Notes: a model not told the origin generated them from the sequence alone. A stretch of 64,000 bases of DNA from Eledone cirrhosa (GCA_964016885.1 OZ024743.1:16306001-16370000), one strand, 5' to 3'; positions 1 to 15,122 are shown, counted from the first letter of the stretch. Program-made: numbers and translations.

Positions 1-1340
1 GCTACAGCTTCACCGTCGTCTCTTGCTCCGGCCCAACTCTCACCAAAATGGAGCGCCTCCTCTTCCGCTTTTTGTGGAAGGGCCGCGCTCCTATGGTCAG
101 ACGATCCATCTGCTGTCAACACCCGTTGTGTGGAGGACTGGGCTTGCCATGGCTGATGATGCGCAAACATGCGCTGAGGCTGCGACATCTCTGGTGCTTC
201 CTTGACGGTGAACAGGTGTGGTCGCCGTTCGCCACACATGTTTTCCCACAGCTCGTCTCCTTGACCGAGCTGCAGTCCTGGGTCAGAAAAAGACCGAGGG
301 ATAGCGCTTGGAAACTGGAATGTCTCCAGGCGCTCACTGCCCTCTGCCAGCTGGGCACCAGTATCGGTGGAACATCCACCTCGGCGTTCTAAAGAGGATA
401 GTGAAGGGGAAGTGCGACGACGTTCTCAGAGAGATCCTGGGCGTTGAAGAAGATCAGCTGTTTGCTCTCTTCCGGAGAACTTTCAGCCCAGGGCCTATGG
501 ATAAATTCCCATAATCCCTGGCCTGGCAGTGCTACCGGGGAGCGCTGCCGGTTCGAGATAAGCTCTACAGGCACGGAAGTGCCGTCAGCCGAGCCTGTCC
601 GAGATGCGCGCTGAGCGGAGCGACGAAACCGTCGTGCACGCACTCGTACAGTTCCCGAGCATTGCTGACTTGTGGAGCTATGTCGAACAGTTGCTGTCGC
701 GTGTAGGACTGATCCGGTTATCGATTGAGTCCATTGTGCAGATGGTCTCGCCGTCTTCCTTCGAGGAGGAAGTGCAGGCGGTTTTCATCTGCCTGGTGGC
801 CATAGCGAAAGAGATTGTGTGGTGGACAAGGTTGAAAGTGTTAAAGACAGACACTTTCCTCTTCGGCAAATCCCTAATTAAGTTTTTCAAGTTTCACGTG
901 AAGAGGAAAATCAGGATGTAGAGGCAAGTGCTGCCTTCTAGCAAGTTTGTTGAAAGTTGGGTGAATGTAGCGAGAATGGTCCGAGTGAACGGGACAGCTC
1001 TGAATATACATCTGTAGTTTGAAAAATGGAAATAATTGAGAGAGGCCGCTTGCCCTGGTGGTCAGGGTGGCCGTGGTCTTTCGTGTTGTTTTCGCCACGA
1101 GTAACCCTCGGATGTTTCCCCCCTATTGGGGAATTTTTCATTGTTTCAATTTTCATTTTTATTGTTTATATATATATATGTTCCTATGTCCTCTTTTTTT
1201 CTTTCCTTATATAAATAATACAAATATTTACACGCACAAAACACACATCGTACCGTCCTGTACCATCCTGTGCCGTCTGTAATGTTTTTGTTGATGTCAG
1301 CCCTTCTGGCCAATAAAGAAATCATTATTATTATTATTAA
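1..1340 (+). mobile_element. 3' part of a Tx1/L1-clade non-LTR retrotransposon (decayed ORF2 C-terminus with zf-RVT region, 3' UTR, tail)
   Basis: Stop/frameshift-broken peptides (MERLLFRFLWKGRAPMVRRSICCQ..., LAWQCYRGALPVR, CPRC..DETVVHALVQ) closely parallel the ORF2 C-terminus at 29995-31040. Ends AATAAAGAAATC (1312-1323) then (TTA)n. Confidence 0.92.
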
Positions 1341-2319
1341 TTATAATAATAACAATATTATTATTATTTACTAACTTATTCCTAGTAGGCTCCTGATGGC
1401 AGAATTATCATTCACGGCATTCTTGGGGTCCTGTTATGAGCAACCATCTTCAATAAATACTTGGATTTCCAAGCGAGAAAGCCGAACTCGTCGATGTTAT
1501 TTAATCATGTTGCAGGGAGTTTACCGTTGGTTTTCTTGTTGTTGGTTTCGGCCTTACCATCTTTCCAGCAATTGTTTCCTAAGGTATATTAACCACATGT
1601 AAGTAGTAACGGGCTATGATCTCTCAATTCCGAGAAGCATCTGCTCTACATGGAAGGACTCCCACACTAAAGTGGTATAGCAAACGGTTATGAGGCCTTG
1701 GATAGATAACGCCAGCAAAGGAAGACCGTGCACCTACCAACAAGACCCTTTGTCGTGTCTTAAAGCCAAGATAACCCCCAAAATGGTGAGATACAATATG
1801 GTCTGCTATCTCACCTGAGCTGAATCCGAAGAACTACTAAATATGGAGCATAGTACAGAGGGAAGTCATTCAATGGCCTCATAAAACTATAAAATCACTG
1901 AATTCTACAACAACTAGCACAGTGTCTAATATAGATAAAGACCAGCTGATTCGGTATTTCACCGTTTCAGATCTCATATTGAAGCAATCATCGAGGCTAA
2001 CGCTGTATTCATTGAGTGGCTGCGCTAAGAAGAGCTTCCGTATTGTTCCTGTTAATGGTTTGTCAAATAAATATCTACTTTAATGACGTATTCTTCATTT
2101 CCTAAATTCATGCAAATGTCTCCAAATAACTGAGTAGACCTGTATGTTAAATAGAAAATATGGACATGTTACACAATTCTAAATAAACCTTACACATTTA
2201 CGAGCATCGATCAATTTTGTTATCCCTTTTAGGATACAAAAACTAGATCACTTGTGTTTATCTATCCATTTATCTATCAATGAATTGACATCCAAACCCA
2301 CGTACGCCTGCACCCAAAT

Positions 2320-2350
<31 letters not shown>

Positions 2351-3297
2351 CACCACATACACACACACACACGCATATATATATAATAGTGGAAGTGCGT
2401 AAAATCAAAGTTGCGGAGTTCGGCCAGCATCCACATAAAGACAATATTCGGACGCCTTGCACGAATCACTCAGTAAGAGGATATCGATAAAACAATAATT
2501 TACATCACAGGTTAATAAACATACGTTAAAAGGCGTAACAAATTGAAAACTGTGGTTAAGGGCTCAAAGCCAGAGAAACAACCCCAACAACGAAAATAGA
2601 ATCAGATTAAATAACCCCCCCCCCCACACACACATACATATATATATATATATGGTGGGGGATGTGTGAGTGTGTGGTTGTGTGGCATATATATAGATAG
2701 ATAACAATTTTTGCCCGAATTTAAAAGCAAAAATATTTTTGTATATTTAATTCAGTTAATTTTCATCAATAATTTTAGTACATAGATGTTTCTCACCTTA
2801 TACATTTATGAGTTTTCTAAACAACATTACACAAGATAATTCCCTCGAAAAACTTACATTAAATTATATAATCACCGCATTTGCATCTATATACATTTTA
2901 ATATATGCTGTTTACATAGTTTATTCGATAAATTTAATAAGATTTAGAATTTTATATGAATTTACCTATTATTTATATTTTTTCGTTCAACTTTGTTACG
3001 AAACGTGAATGTTTACTCTGAATTCGATTCTTTTATGAATTTACATTTAATACGATCTTGCACGAACTTGGTGTAACGGAAATTTCACTACAGCAATTTA
3101 AGCTTCCATTTTTGAATATTTTCAGCATGTATTACATATAAATATGTTCTCTTTCTGAACAGAGAAACACCCTTCTAATGAACATCGTATAGTATAATGT
3201 TTTAATATGATATGATATGATAATATAATAATAAGACTAACTAATCATGTCTGAGAACACATGAGACTGTCCTATTTATGCATGTATGTGCATGCGT

Positions 3298-3341
<44 letters not shown>

Positions 3342-3527
3342 CAGCTTGACTGAGTATTTTCCTTGCCCAAAATCTGTGCTGATGGCAAAATAATGTACTT
3401 TATTATATCGACCCCGTAACGATGAAAGGCAAAGTTTGCTGATGGAAAATAATGGGAGTTATTAATGTCTACGGCCACCTTCCTTGCGTTAATGCTTAGC
3501 TTATTACAACTAGAGATATATTTATGA

Positions 3528-4451
3528 CTAGCAGTGGTACCCGGCGTTGCACGGGATAAAGTATTTTGGAACGCGGGCCGCCAACAGACCTAATCGTGGA
3601 AAAACTGCATGCCTGGAAAATATGTAAAGAAAATAAACCGAATACTCTGATAGCTGGATAATCTTTAAAATTTTCCTCGATGAAGCAGGAAAAATGCAGG
3701 TTTTCACCTAATGCGGGCCCTAGGGGATCAAGAAAATGAATTTTTTTATGTGCATAATATACGTTGAAATTTCGGGAAAATCGGCTAGACGTAACGCCTC
3801 AAAAAAGCCCTAAAAAGCTGAAAAAATGAAATTTTTCACATAATGCGGGCCCTAGACCATAAAAAAGTTGGATTTTCTTTGCTCACGGTATGTAAAAGAG
3901 ACTGCCCATACATAGTTACAATTTCAAGAAAATCGGTCTGACGTAACAACACAAAAAATCCCTTAAAACCTGAAAAAATGCAGTTTTTCAACTAATGCGG
4001 ACTCTAGAGGATCAAAATGTTGAATATTTGTATGTGCATGACACTCCCTGAAACATAAGTAATACACATGTAAAGTTTGAAAAAAGTCGGTTGGGTAGTT
4101 CTCGAATTTTAGGGATTCAAACTCACACATACACAGACAGACAGACATTCTCAGAGAAGTGAAGTGATGCAGACAGTCAGACATACAGACAGATATTATA
4201 AGGGCGCGACGTTATATGTATGTGTCTATCTAAAAAGAGAAAGACTAAGACTTATAGAGAGAGATCGTTAAATCGCCTAATGCGGTCCCTAGAGCATTGG
4301 AAATTTCAAATTCTTTTTTGCTCAGAACACTCCCTGAAACATAAGTATTACCTGTGTAAAGTGTGAAAAGAGTCGGTTGGGTGGTTCTCGAGTTTTAGGG
4401 TTTCAAACTCACACACACACAGACAGACATCCTCAGTTTTATATATATAGA
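3528..4451 (-). mobile_element. Non-autonomous Helitron (Lep1-like)
   Basis: On the minus strand it starts TC (4451) and ends with hairpin CCCGTGCAACGCCGGG then CTAG (3531-3528), inserted between A and T. Internal subrepeats carry TAATGCGGGCCCTAG-like motifs (about 3709, 3841, 3994, 4278), with (CAGA)n near the 5' end. Confidence 0.8.
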
Positions 4452-4605
4452 TAATACCTGAGCCTGAGCAAGGTTTTTCATCATTTTAATTTCTCTTTTC
4501 TATTTCTAACGCTCAACCTCATAGAAGAATAAAATAGCTTAGTTTTCATCTTGTCTATCATCTATTAAACGCACATATACACATATGTTCACACACACAC
4601 ACACA

Positions 4606-4699
<94 letters not shown>

Positions 4700-6422
4700 T
4701 ATATTCATATAAACACACACACACCTATATTTATATATATTTATACAAAATATATACATACATAGATTTATGTATCCTCAACCATAAAAGATAAATTTGA
4801 CAAATTTACATATGTCAGAATATATAATTAAATTCTCAGAAAAAAATCCTTTCCATATAAGAAAATATTGACTTAATCGATGGAATCTGTCGTAGGATAT
4901 CAGTAGAATATATCTCATTGATTTTTGTTGAATGAGTCGCAAGGCCCTTCCCAGCAGGTTTAAATCTGGAAAATTTGAAAATATTTTTCTTCTTCAATCA
5001 TTCTTGTTTTGTTATGCGAAACGAAGCCTATTTAGAAGGAAGAGTTATCTCAGAATTCAGGAATGAATCAAAAGGATTTAACTGTCAAATGCTATTATTG
5101 TATATTGCACTTTTGATTTAGAATATTGACCTTTCAGACCTGATCGTAAAATTGTTTCATAAGTTCAATTTCTGTTAAGAGGAAGATAGATACGAGAGTT
5201 TGGTGAATAAAAATACCTCAGGATGTTTCTTCCATCGTTCTGTGTTGTGACTCGAAATGCTGTCCTGGATAACAGTCTGTCATCTGTTGCGGATCCAAAG
5301 AATAATGTACTAATTAATGTTGGTGTAATGGTTAGGTAGTTCAGGAAATACATTGTGACATTTCTTGAAACTCTTTGTTCAAGCTTTGGACTAGTTTACA
5401 GTAAAGTCAATCTGTTACACAGTTGAACATCTCATTTAAATTTTCTGTGTGTTTAACATAATGCATACTTCTACTAACATTATGAACTAGCCCAACAGCA
5501 TATTTGACGTTATACGCCGGCGAATACGACAAAGATAATGCTAAAATACTGTTTTTCTCGGAAATATTTAGTGGATCTTGTTACATTCCTTCCTGCAGTG
5601 ATAGATTGAACCATTGGAAACCTGTTAACAACCATACAGATATTCAAAAATGCCCTAATACAAGGAAAATATATGTTGCAAATTCTTTTATGGACTAATG
5701 GTTGGCCACACTGTCTATTAAATATTCAATAGTTATCCAAGTCGAAATTAAATATCTCATGTTAATATCCATTACCTAAAATCTAATACAGTGTGGATGA
5801 TCCAATAAATGAACTTCCCCCAGTTGTTAAAACCATTGGAAGTAGGCAACAATTCACGCTGAAATCATACACTATATAGTGAGAAACAGAAATACACAGC
5901 GAGTGACGGTAACAATACAATCTTTTACGGGATAACTACATTAATTTCAAAGAACATTGTTACCTCTGCCCACAAAGGCGTGAGGAAATTTTATAATGTA
6001 GATGTAATCAGAGCTGTCACGAATCTAAGCTCGGACATACTTCAGCATATAAACTAACAAAATAGCAATAATATATGAGGAAAAAAGATTTCCAGGGACA
6101 AAATAAGCATATATTGAGCATATTTGTTACAAATTTTATGGAAATATTTTGAATTGTTTACATAAAAAATTAATTACAGTAAATAATATATGTCGTTACA
6201 CAAACTACATAAATATATATCGATACACAAAAAACACACACACACAAACATAAGCACTCGCGTCACACACACACACACTCGGACTCATATTTTCATATAT
6301 AAAAATATATTCATACAATTTTGTACTTACATACTTAAAATTATATAAAGATGATATACATAAATAATTTTAATATATCTTACACTGTATATGTATGAAG
6401 GCATGCATATATATATGTATAT

Positions 6423-6466
<44 letters not shown>

Positions 6467-7151
6467 GTACTTACAAATATATGCATTTAAATACAATCAC
6501 ACAAAAACGCACACACAGACACACAAACACACACATACACACACACACACACGCAGATACACACACACACACACATATATATATGTGTGTGTGTGTGGGC
6601 CTACAGATAAAGATGTGTGTGCACGTCAGGACGTGTGTTTATATCTTTCAAGAACGAGCAAAGTTATTTCAAAGTGTTATAGGCAAATGTAAATTCCTAT
6701 TTAATTCAAGACACCAAACACCACGAAAAAGAAAGCAAAATAAAAACGAAAAGGAATATAGTAAATCCATGCAAATTTTGATTTAAAATCCATCATAATC
6801 TGTTTTGGGCTTCTAAAATCTGCTTTAAATTCCATTAGCCATTAAGTACTCAACGCTTAGTTTGAATTCTTCCAAGTTTTCATCAAGATTTACCAAAACG
6901 TAAATATATTTTTTCATAAATATTCCGTTCATTAGTTAATCTTTTGTGTATATTTTGCTGTATATTTATTTATTTACTGTTCATTGCTTGTGTTTAGTAC
7001 AAATGTAATTATGTGTGTTTATGGGAAGACATACATTCACACTTAAATGTCTCTGACTAAATCACAAATTCTGCAAATTTTACGAAATTTACACACTCCA
7101 GCTAAAGTATATTTACAAACCTGTGTACAATCAAACTCACACACGTACACG

Positions 7152-7244
<93 letters not shown>

Positions 7245-7278
7245 TACATATACGTTCACTACCAAAAATACACACAAA

Positions 7279-7338
<60 letters not shown>

Positions 7339-7361
7339 GGGAGAGAGAGAGAGAGAGAAGA

Positions 7362-7399
<38 letters not shown>

Positions 7400-7528
7400 T
7401 TGCATGAGTATGCATCAATAAAAGTGAGTGTACATATATTTTAACGATAACGTTGAAGAAGAACATAGGTATACTTCATTTTCATACACTTTATGTGTGT
7501 CAAAAAGAACCATCTCCTCTCTATCTCT

Positions 7529-7567
<39 letters not shown>

Positions 7568-8018
7568 CGCCGGCGAATTTGTTTTGCAAGGTTTTTGATA
7601 TGAAATCGTATCGTGCCTTGAAATAAATATTGTTGTATTTGGGGAAGTTCATATTGTTATAATATTACCAGAAATATATAATAAAACACACTCAGTTCTT
7701 GGTTTGGGTTTGTTTACTCTCCCGTATATTTTATATTCCTCCAGTTAATTCAGCTGGCAATCACTGGCAATGATTGATTGACCAACAGTTAAATATATAT
7801 CTATATATAGTCGGTCAGATTTTTTCCGTCACGCACATGTGACACCATCAAGTATTCTATTATATTTATATATACAAATCACCCTTTCTCCCCCCCCCTC
7901 TCTGTCTCTCTCTCTGTATATATATATAGATAGAAGTTCGTCCCGGTTTCAATCAGCGGTAACCACAAATATTAAGATATTCAATACAAAGCAGAGTATA
8001 AATATTTAATATAGAAAT

Positions 8019-8113
8019 GGCCTCTACAGGACTAGAACTGTTTCATTCGGGAGATATCATCAGGCTTCCTGATAATTTCTCCCGATTGAAATAGTTCTAG
8101 TCCTGTAGAAGCC
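8019..8113. ncRNA. Two head-to-head type-I hammerhead motifs (family B) in a short fold-back PLE remnant
   Basis: Plus copy 8063-8113 is GGCUUC CUGAUAA ... GAAA UAG UUCUAGUC CUG UA GAAGCC. Minus copy is CUGAUGA..GAAACAG..CUGUA GAGGCC. Same family as 62351. Confidence 0.75.
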
Positions 8114-8116
8114 ATT

Positions 8117-8153
<37 letters not shown>

Positions 8154-8154
8154 C

Positions 8155-10316
8155 TAGGGCGGGTAAAATTCCCGAGATCCATGGACGATTTCTCTCCAGC
8201 GGTATCTGTCCCTTATTATCACTGCCACGTCTTGTGTCTCCAACAGAGCAGTGTCTGTCCTTAGGGCATCAACACATGTTAACCTTGGTCTTCATCTTCC
8301 AGTGTGTCCATGCAGAGGCTCCCACAGGAGCACTGAGTAGAGTGTCAACTCTGGATGTCGGTGAGCATATCCAGCTGACCTCAGCCTCCTCTGTGTCACT
8401 TTTGAGGTGACTTTTGGGAGGCTCCCGTACAATTCTATATGTCCTGGGTATGACATTAAACTACATCCAGTGGCAAGGCTCCATTTCGGGAGTTAAGGAA
8501 CTGTTGGTAATGTGGAGTTACTCCTTAGTTGTCATAACTCCCAGGTCTGCTCTGTCAAGGAGTAGTAGTACCTTTTAGGGCCCCATTTATGGGTTAAATA
8601 ATTACCTTATTCGAGCGGCGCCGGTAAAGTATTGTCAGCCATTGAAAAGAAATATGGAGAGTCTATCTAACAGCATTAGGGTTAGAGCACCTAACTACAC
8701 TGTCAAGGAGCAATCTGGTCGTTATGACTCTGCTGGCTTAAAGCCACAGGGAGGGCCAGTGGATGATGGATCAGCTGTCTCTGAGACAGTTTTGTCCTGC
8801 AGAAGAGCCATCAAAATGGACACTTTGAATGTGAGGACTATTTGGACGCTGGAGAAGAGAGAGGATTTGGGTCATCTGTTCGAGAGAGTGGTATACAGAT
8901 ACTTGCAATCCAAGAACGCAGCATCCTACACGATGAGCCCATGAAGAGTGTGATGATTGGAAAGATGAGCCAGCTCATCACCACATCGGCAGTGAAGAAC
9001 ATGGCCAATGCTGCAGTAGGAAGAGTGGGTTTTGTTTTTCAGCACATACACCAGTCTATTGGCGAGAGAAATAATAGCTGTCTCCCCGCGAATGTTGAGG
9101 GTGACTTTTAATGGAAACCCAAGACTGACAGTCATCCCAGCCTATAGTCCAACCTAGCGAGACAGTGATGTGAGTGCGGAATATTTCTATGAGGAGGTGT
9201 GCAGAGCTGTCAACACCACACAAGCACACACCATCCTGCTTGTTCTGGGGGACTTCAATGAATATCTGAGCAAGGAGGGCAGTGAAGATCCTTACTGGTA
9301 TTTCCATAACAACACCAACCGAAATGGAAGACTACTGAGAAACTTGATAGCGACCAACCTAAGGTTTAGGAAGAATCCGGGGAAGATGTGTACCTACATC
9401 TCAGATATGCACCTGTCCAAGTCCCAGATTGATTTCATTCTAGTGAGGAAAAAGTGGCGGAATAGTGTTCTGAACACAGAACCATACAACTATCTCAGTA
9501 CACTGGGTAGTGACCACCGGTTATGAGTGAGGTCCGGTTGACCTTAAGAAAGAGCAAGGCTCAGCCACGGAGAGGAATCTATGACTGGGGAGCTTTCAAG
9601 AAAGATGATAAGCTACATGAGAGGTTCACAGGGGAAGTGAGGAACAGGTTCAGTGCTCTGTGTGGAGAGACAGAGGAGAGAGATAGATTGGATGAACTGA
9701 GGAGAGTGTGACGAGGAGGTACGGGTGATTCACCAATGCAGTGGCGGAAGCAAGTGAGACCCTGGTGCCGAGGAGAAAGAACAAAATGAAGCACATAAGC
9801 TCTGCAGACCAAAAAGTGTGTGCAGCCAGAGAACACCTGACAGCTGCCAAGGAATAATTCTGTGCTGATCCTACGGAGGAGAGCAAGGGAAATATGGAAG
9901 GGATGTGGAAAGAACTCTGAACCGCTTACACTGAAGCCTGAGAGGAGGCACTGATAGAGAAGATCAGAAGTGTGGAGAGAGCAGTTGGTAGGTCTGGATA
10001 TAAGGAGAGCTGCATGATCATCAACGACATCACAGGGAAGAAGAGAAGGTGTTCGAATCAGATCCAGGAAACAGGGCCCGAGGAATGGAAGGGGAAATGG
10101 CTAGACCATTTTAGGACCTTGCTAGGAGTGCTGCCCTCCACAGCCCAGAACACTGAGGAGATCACTCTAACACCAACAACTACAGGGGATCTCACTGACG
10201 TCACTTGCGACAAAGACCCTCAACAGGATGATTCTTTATAGGATCCAGCCCGAGATGGAGAAGAAGCTCAGGACAACCAGAACGGCTTCAGAGAGGGAAG
10301 ATCAACCACCAGTGAC

Positions 10317-10320
<4 letters not shown>
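8155..10320 (+). mobile_element. Decayed RTE-clade LINE, 5' portion (APE endonuclease and start of RT)
   Basis: Broken frames give TLNVRT, AIQE, AYSPT, LGDFN, TNRNG, SQIDFILVRKKWRNSV, GSDHR (APE motifs), then QNGFREGRSTTSDI (RT start). Internally deleted and ends in (TA)n. Confidence 0.85.
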
Positions 10321-10357
<37 letters not shown>

Positions 10358-10528
10358 TGTATGTGTAGTATATTTGGCAATATACCGTATGTTTAATTAA
10401 AAACATTTTGAAGACCTTGCGCTATCATTTTAAAGTAGTGATTATGTCACTTATTTCTTTTTTCGTCAACAGAAGGGAGAGAAGCTGACATATTCTCTTT
10501 CACACTGTTGGTGTTCCTCAGAGCAACG

Positions 10529-10628
<100 letters not shown>

Positions 10629-11692
10629 GTTGTATGGTGTTCGTTTCAGTTCTCTACTCTCTGAATTCATATCTCACCAAGGTCAAGTTTCGCTTCCATC
10701 CTTTCAATAAAAAAATGTACCAATCTAGTCTAGGAGCGATTCTTCCTCTATACCGCTTCCTTACGTCCTCTCTCTCACTTTCTATCTTTCTCTGAACGGA
10801 ACGAAATCACCTGTACACAGCCCTGCAGATGGATGGCTCCACTAGGCTTTAAATGCCCAGGAAACTTCGTATTTTAATACGCTCCCCCCTATGAACCTAT
10901 CAGGAATTACGGGACCATACACACACATACATGCGTAATGTCTGCACCCTCGTTATCGAGTGTGGCCATTGCACGATATACCATTATTAATAATTATCAC
11001 TTAATGCTATAGTGCAATGCCTGTGCCTAAAGATTTTATTTTTAAGTGAGTAAAGACTGTGCACTGTGCAACAGTAGCTGTAACCCCAAAAGAAGAAAAT
11101 ATAATATCAACATCACCGGTAACTACTGACCCGTAGGCTTTATGTCGGAGTTGTCCCAGTTTCCTGTGTTGCCTTCTCCTAGAAGAATGCCTTGACAAAA
11201 TCTAATGGTCCTTCACTCCTCCCAGTGGTTTAACAGCGCGATCGTGTATCCAGCCCAATTATTTATATTCCCCCGCGCATATACATACACATGCATACAT
11301 GTACAACCCCCCCCCCCCACACATATATATATATATATATACATACATACATAAAGATGCATAAATATATATACATATTTACACATTTTTCAATGGCCGT
11401 TCACTCTTATGAGTTCTTCCGCCCTTTGTCTTGTTTTTTTGTTGTCCTACAGAATGTCCAAAATCGCCCTACTCACTAAGTAAACTTGGTGAGGTTACCG
11501 GTTTAATCGCCGACCGCCCGACCATGTGACAGGTTGTACTGGGAAACATGTTACCAGTAGCACTCAATAGTCACCCGATACAGATACATACATACTTTAT
11601 GTTTCACTTTCTCTTAATTTCGTGTACATTTCTGACCAGCCACCTTCCTGGTGGCAAGGTTGTAACAGAAATGAAATTGTCATCCCTTGCAT

Positions 11693-12050
11693 CACAATAA
11701 TCTTTTGCAAATCCTGAAGGTGCCAGCAATCGCAGCCATTTGTAGTCTATGAATTAGGGAGCTGCGCTCTTTGTCCACAAATCCAAGTTCAGTTATACTT
11801 TGGTCCAATCGTGTTGGTATATAACCTATAGGTCCAATAATGATGGGTATGATGTTGAAGTGTATCTTGGATACTGTATCTGCAAACTCCTTATCACTGG
11901 TCAGTAGGTGTCCTCCTTCTCTTTTTTTAATTTTCTTACAACGTTTACATCAACTGGGCAGCTGATCACTACAACAGAGCACGTTTTCAATGTGTGGTCT
12001 AAAACAACAATATCAGGCCGGTTTTGCTCTAATTTGATGGCAGGTTTTAT
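11693..12050 (-). pseudogene. C-terminal restriction-like endonuclease fragment of an R2-group (R4/Dong-like) non-LTR element
   Basis: Manual translation: EQNRPDIVVLDHTLKTCSVVVISCPVDVNVVRKLKKEKEDTY*...IIPIIIGPIGYIP...LGF...RLQMAAIAGTFRICKRLL*. It has the RPD and K..EK..Y motifs, one stop and one frameshift. Confidence 0.75.
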
Positions 12051-13702
12051 TTTCATGTATGCATGTATGTATGGATGCATGCATATATGTATGAAAGCAT
12101 TTATGTGTGTGTGTTTGTATGAGTGTGTGTGTGTGTGTATGTTACTAAAATCAATGCGCTTATTTAGTTAAATAAATAGCAGAGAACGTACTATCGTAAT
12201 GATATTTGCTGGCCGTCCAGCAACATGACCTCTGTCCACCTATAGGAATCATTTGAAAGATAAATGAATATATGAATTCTCCGAATACTTACCTTTCTTT
12301 TATGTCATTCACTGTTTTTAATCATATGTATCTGTAACCACAAAATCTGGTCCCTCCCGGCCACCTATCATTTTCAGTTCGTGTGGTCGTGTGGAAGATA
12401 TGCTTAGAAGAAGTAAGACATATCTCGTGAGATAACAATCAATATGACAAAAGATTTGAGGAAATTTAGAAAATAATTTTCGATAGATATTTTGTGTCAT
12501 AATTTTGTGAGCAATATTCCCGTTAGATATATGTTTACAACGTAAAAATCAGTCGTTGTTTTACAATGATGCAAGTGACAAGGGAATATCTGTGTAACAC
12601 GAACATAAATAACATCAATTATGTGTAATGCAATTTTATTGGTGTTTATCTCCAGTATTTAATATCTCCACTAATATAGATCGTATACCGCATCGTTTCT
12701 ACCAAAGAAGCTTCATTAACATTTCATTAGTCAACAAAAGCTATGCTGGAAATCACTTGAAAAGTCAATGAAAAACAAACAGAAAACTTATTTGCGAAGC
12801 AACATTCGTAACAACACATCCATTATCTCGGGTTATATCATCGAATGTAATTAGGTTTGTGAAAACTGTGTGAGATCTCGCAGCTCTCATTAAATATCTG
12901 ATCCTTGGCCATCTCCGTCCAACCATTCACTATTATAAAGAGAATATGAGATAATGATGATGATGGATAACGTTAAATACAAATAGTTTATATCTATTTG
13001 GCACTAGCGCTACACTGTTTGATAGGGTGGCTCAGTAGGCACTGCTTACCATCTCCCTATGACTATATTTTCCATCTTTTAAAAGTATCTTCTGTTGTAA
13101 TTTTTTAATTTCATTAAATGTTTTGAAATCGTAGTTATTATTTACTAAAAAGTTAATGTCTTGATCTACAAAGGAAACATTTATTCAATTGTGTGATCTA
13201 CTCGATATAGCAGCTATATCATCGCACTCAATTTGAAGCTACAAATACAAACAAATAAACAAACAGAAAACAATGACAGTATACATAAGTTTCTTTTATA
13301 TACCATGTTTGCAAAAGAATAACAAAAAAGAAAAAAAAAAAAGAGAATAAGGAAAACAATTTCGTTGTAGCTGCAATAGGTCGCTCGTACAGGACCGACA
13401 TGGTACTGATCATCATCAACAAGAAAGGAAAAAAAAACACAAAGAAACAAACAATCTACATAACGGCATCATCAAATACATTTGCTTACAAATTTCATCT
13501 CGTTTTATGTTACATAAGTGAAAGGTCAGGGTTTTGAACACTGATCAATTCATGACTTTCGACAAGAACTGATAAGCAAATCATTTTATACGACCATATC
13601 TCTATCTTAGCGACAAGTCATTCACTCTCAAAAAGATATCATCAGAAAATAAAATGTTTATTTTCTTGGTAACATACACGCACATACGTACACACATACA
13701 CT

Positions 13703-13746
<44 letters not shown>

Positions 13747-13933
13747 GACACACACATACGCGCGCACACACACATATATATAATAAATACATATGAAATA
13801 TTATACTGAGACATCGGGTGTCTCAGTATAACAATGACTTGCTTTAAAAGAGGGACTTATAATTTCACTTAAGAGAAGATGATGTAGTTAGACTAGGAGT
13901 TTCTGAAAATGCCCACAAGAATATATTGACTTG

Positions 13934-14005
13934 ATTTACCATGATTTTATAAAAATTGTCTGCTTCTACTGTTCCGTTCAACAGAGTAAAGGAGTAAACA
14001 AGTAT

Positions 14006-14075
<70 letters not shown>

Positions 14076-14145
14076 ACTTGTTTACCCCTTTACTCTGTTG
14101 AACGGAACAATAGAACCAGACAATTTTTATAAAATCATGGTAAAT
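13934..14145. repeat. Inverted repeat, ~75-bp arms around (CA)n(TA)n
   Basis: ATTTACCATGATTTTATAAAAATTGTCTG...AACAAGTATAC versus its reverse complement, with about 3 mismatches. Confidence 0.9.
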
Positions 14146-14167
14146 ATATATATATATATATATATAT

Positions 14168-14480
<313 letters not shown>

Positions 14481-15036
14481 TGTATGTATGTATGTATGTA
14501 TGTATGTATGTATGTATGTATGTGTAGAGCAAAAAATGTTGTTCGTTACAGAAACTTATGTGAAAAGATGTGAGAATATTGTAGGATTGGTAAAGGAATA
14601 TGTGTTATTACTGGATATACTCTTTTATATGTTCTTTAGCTTTAGATCAGTGATGGTAAAATATACGCAAACTCAACGCCATTCCAGTCGTGACAATTTC
14701 ATAATTCTCCTAATGAAAGGGTACAGAGAAACATATTGTCCAATGTTTATATCATCTGTAAGATGATTTGTGATTAAAGGAAAATGTAGCTGCTATTTCT
14801 AGCACCCTTCTTTGTTGGTACGTATATATATAAATATATATACATGTGTGTGCTAGTTACGTGTGAAACAACAGTTACAGGTGGCGCGCTGTTCGAAGCA
14901 ATCAATGCTGTTAACAGGTCCGTTTCATTTGGATTGTTTTCCAGAGTTAAAATCGGTGTATATACATATATATAGAAGAGGGGTGCTGAAACTGGTCAGG
15001 CGTTGAGAGTATCACAGATGCCTGGTTGTAGGTCTA

Positions 15037-15122
<86 letters not shown>

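Noticed and set aside
1395-1900. Possible RTE 3' remnant (SKGRPCTY)
   Set aside because: A single short motif, too weak to call.
1945-2002. HHR-like minus-strand UCGAUGA...GAAACGGU GAAAU ACCG
   Set aside because: The core is altered, there is no NUH in register, and stem I is unconvincing.
3700-4300. Spaced repeats resembling a CRISPR array
   Set aside because: They are internal subrepeats of a Helitron with homologous spacers, in a eukaryotic context without cas genes.
12288-12500. Possible minus-strand host exon ending AAAG|GTAAGT
   Set aside because: A good donor site only, with no recognisable protein or partner exon. It needs RNA-seq.
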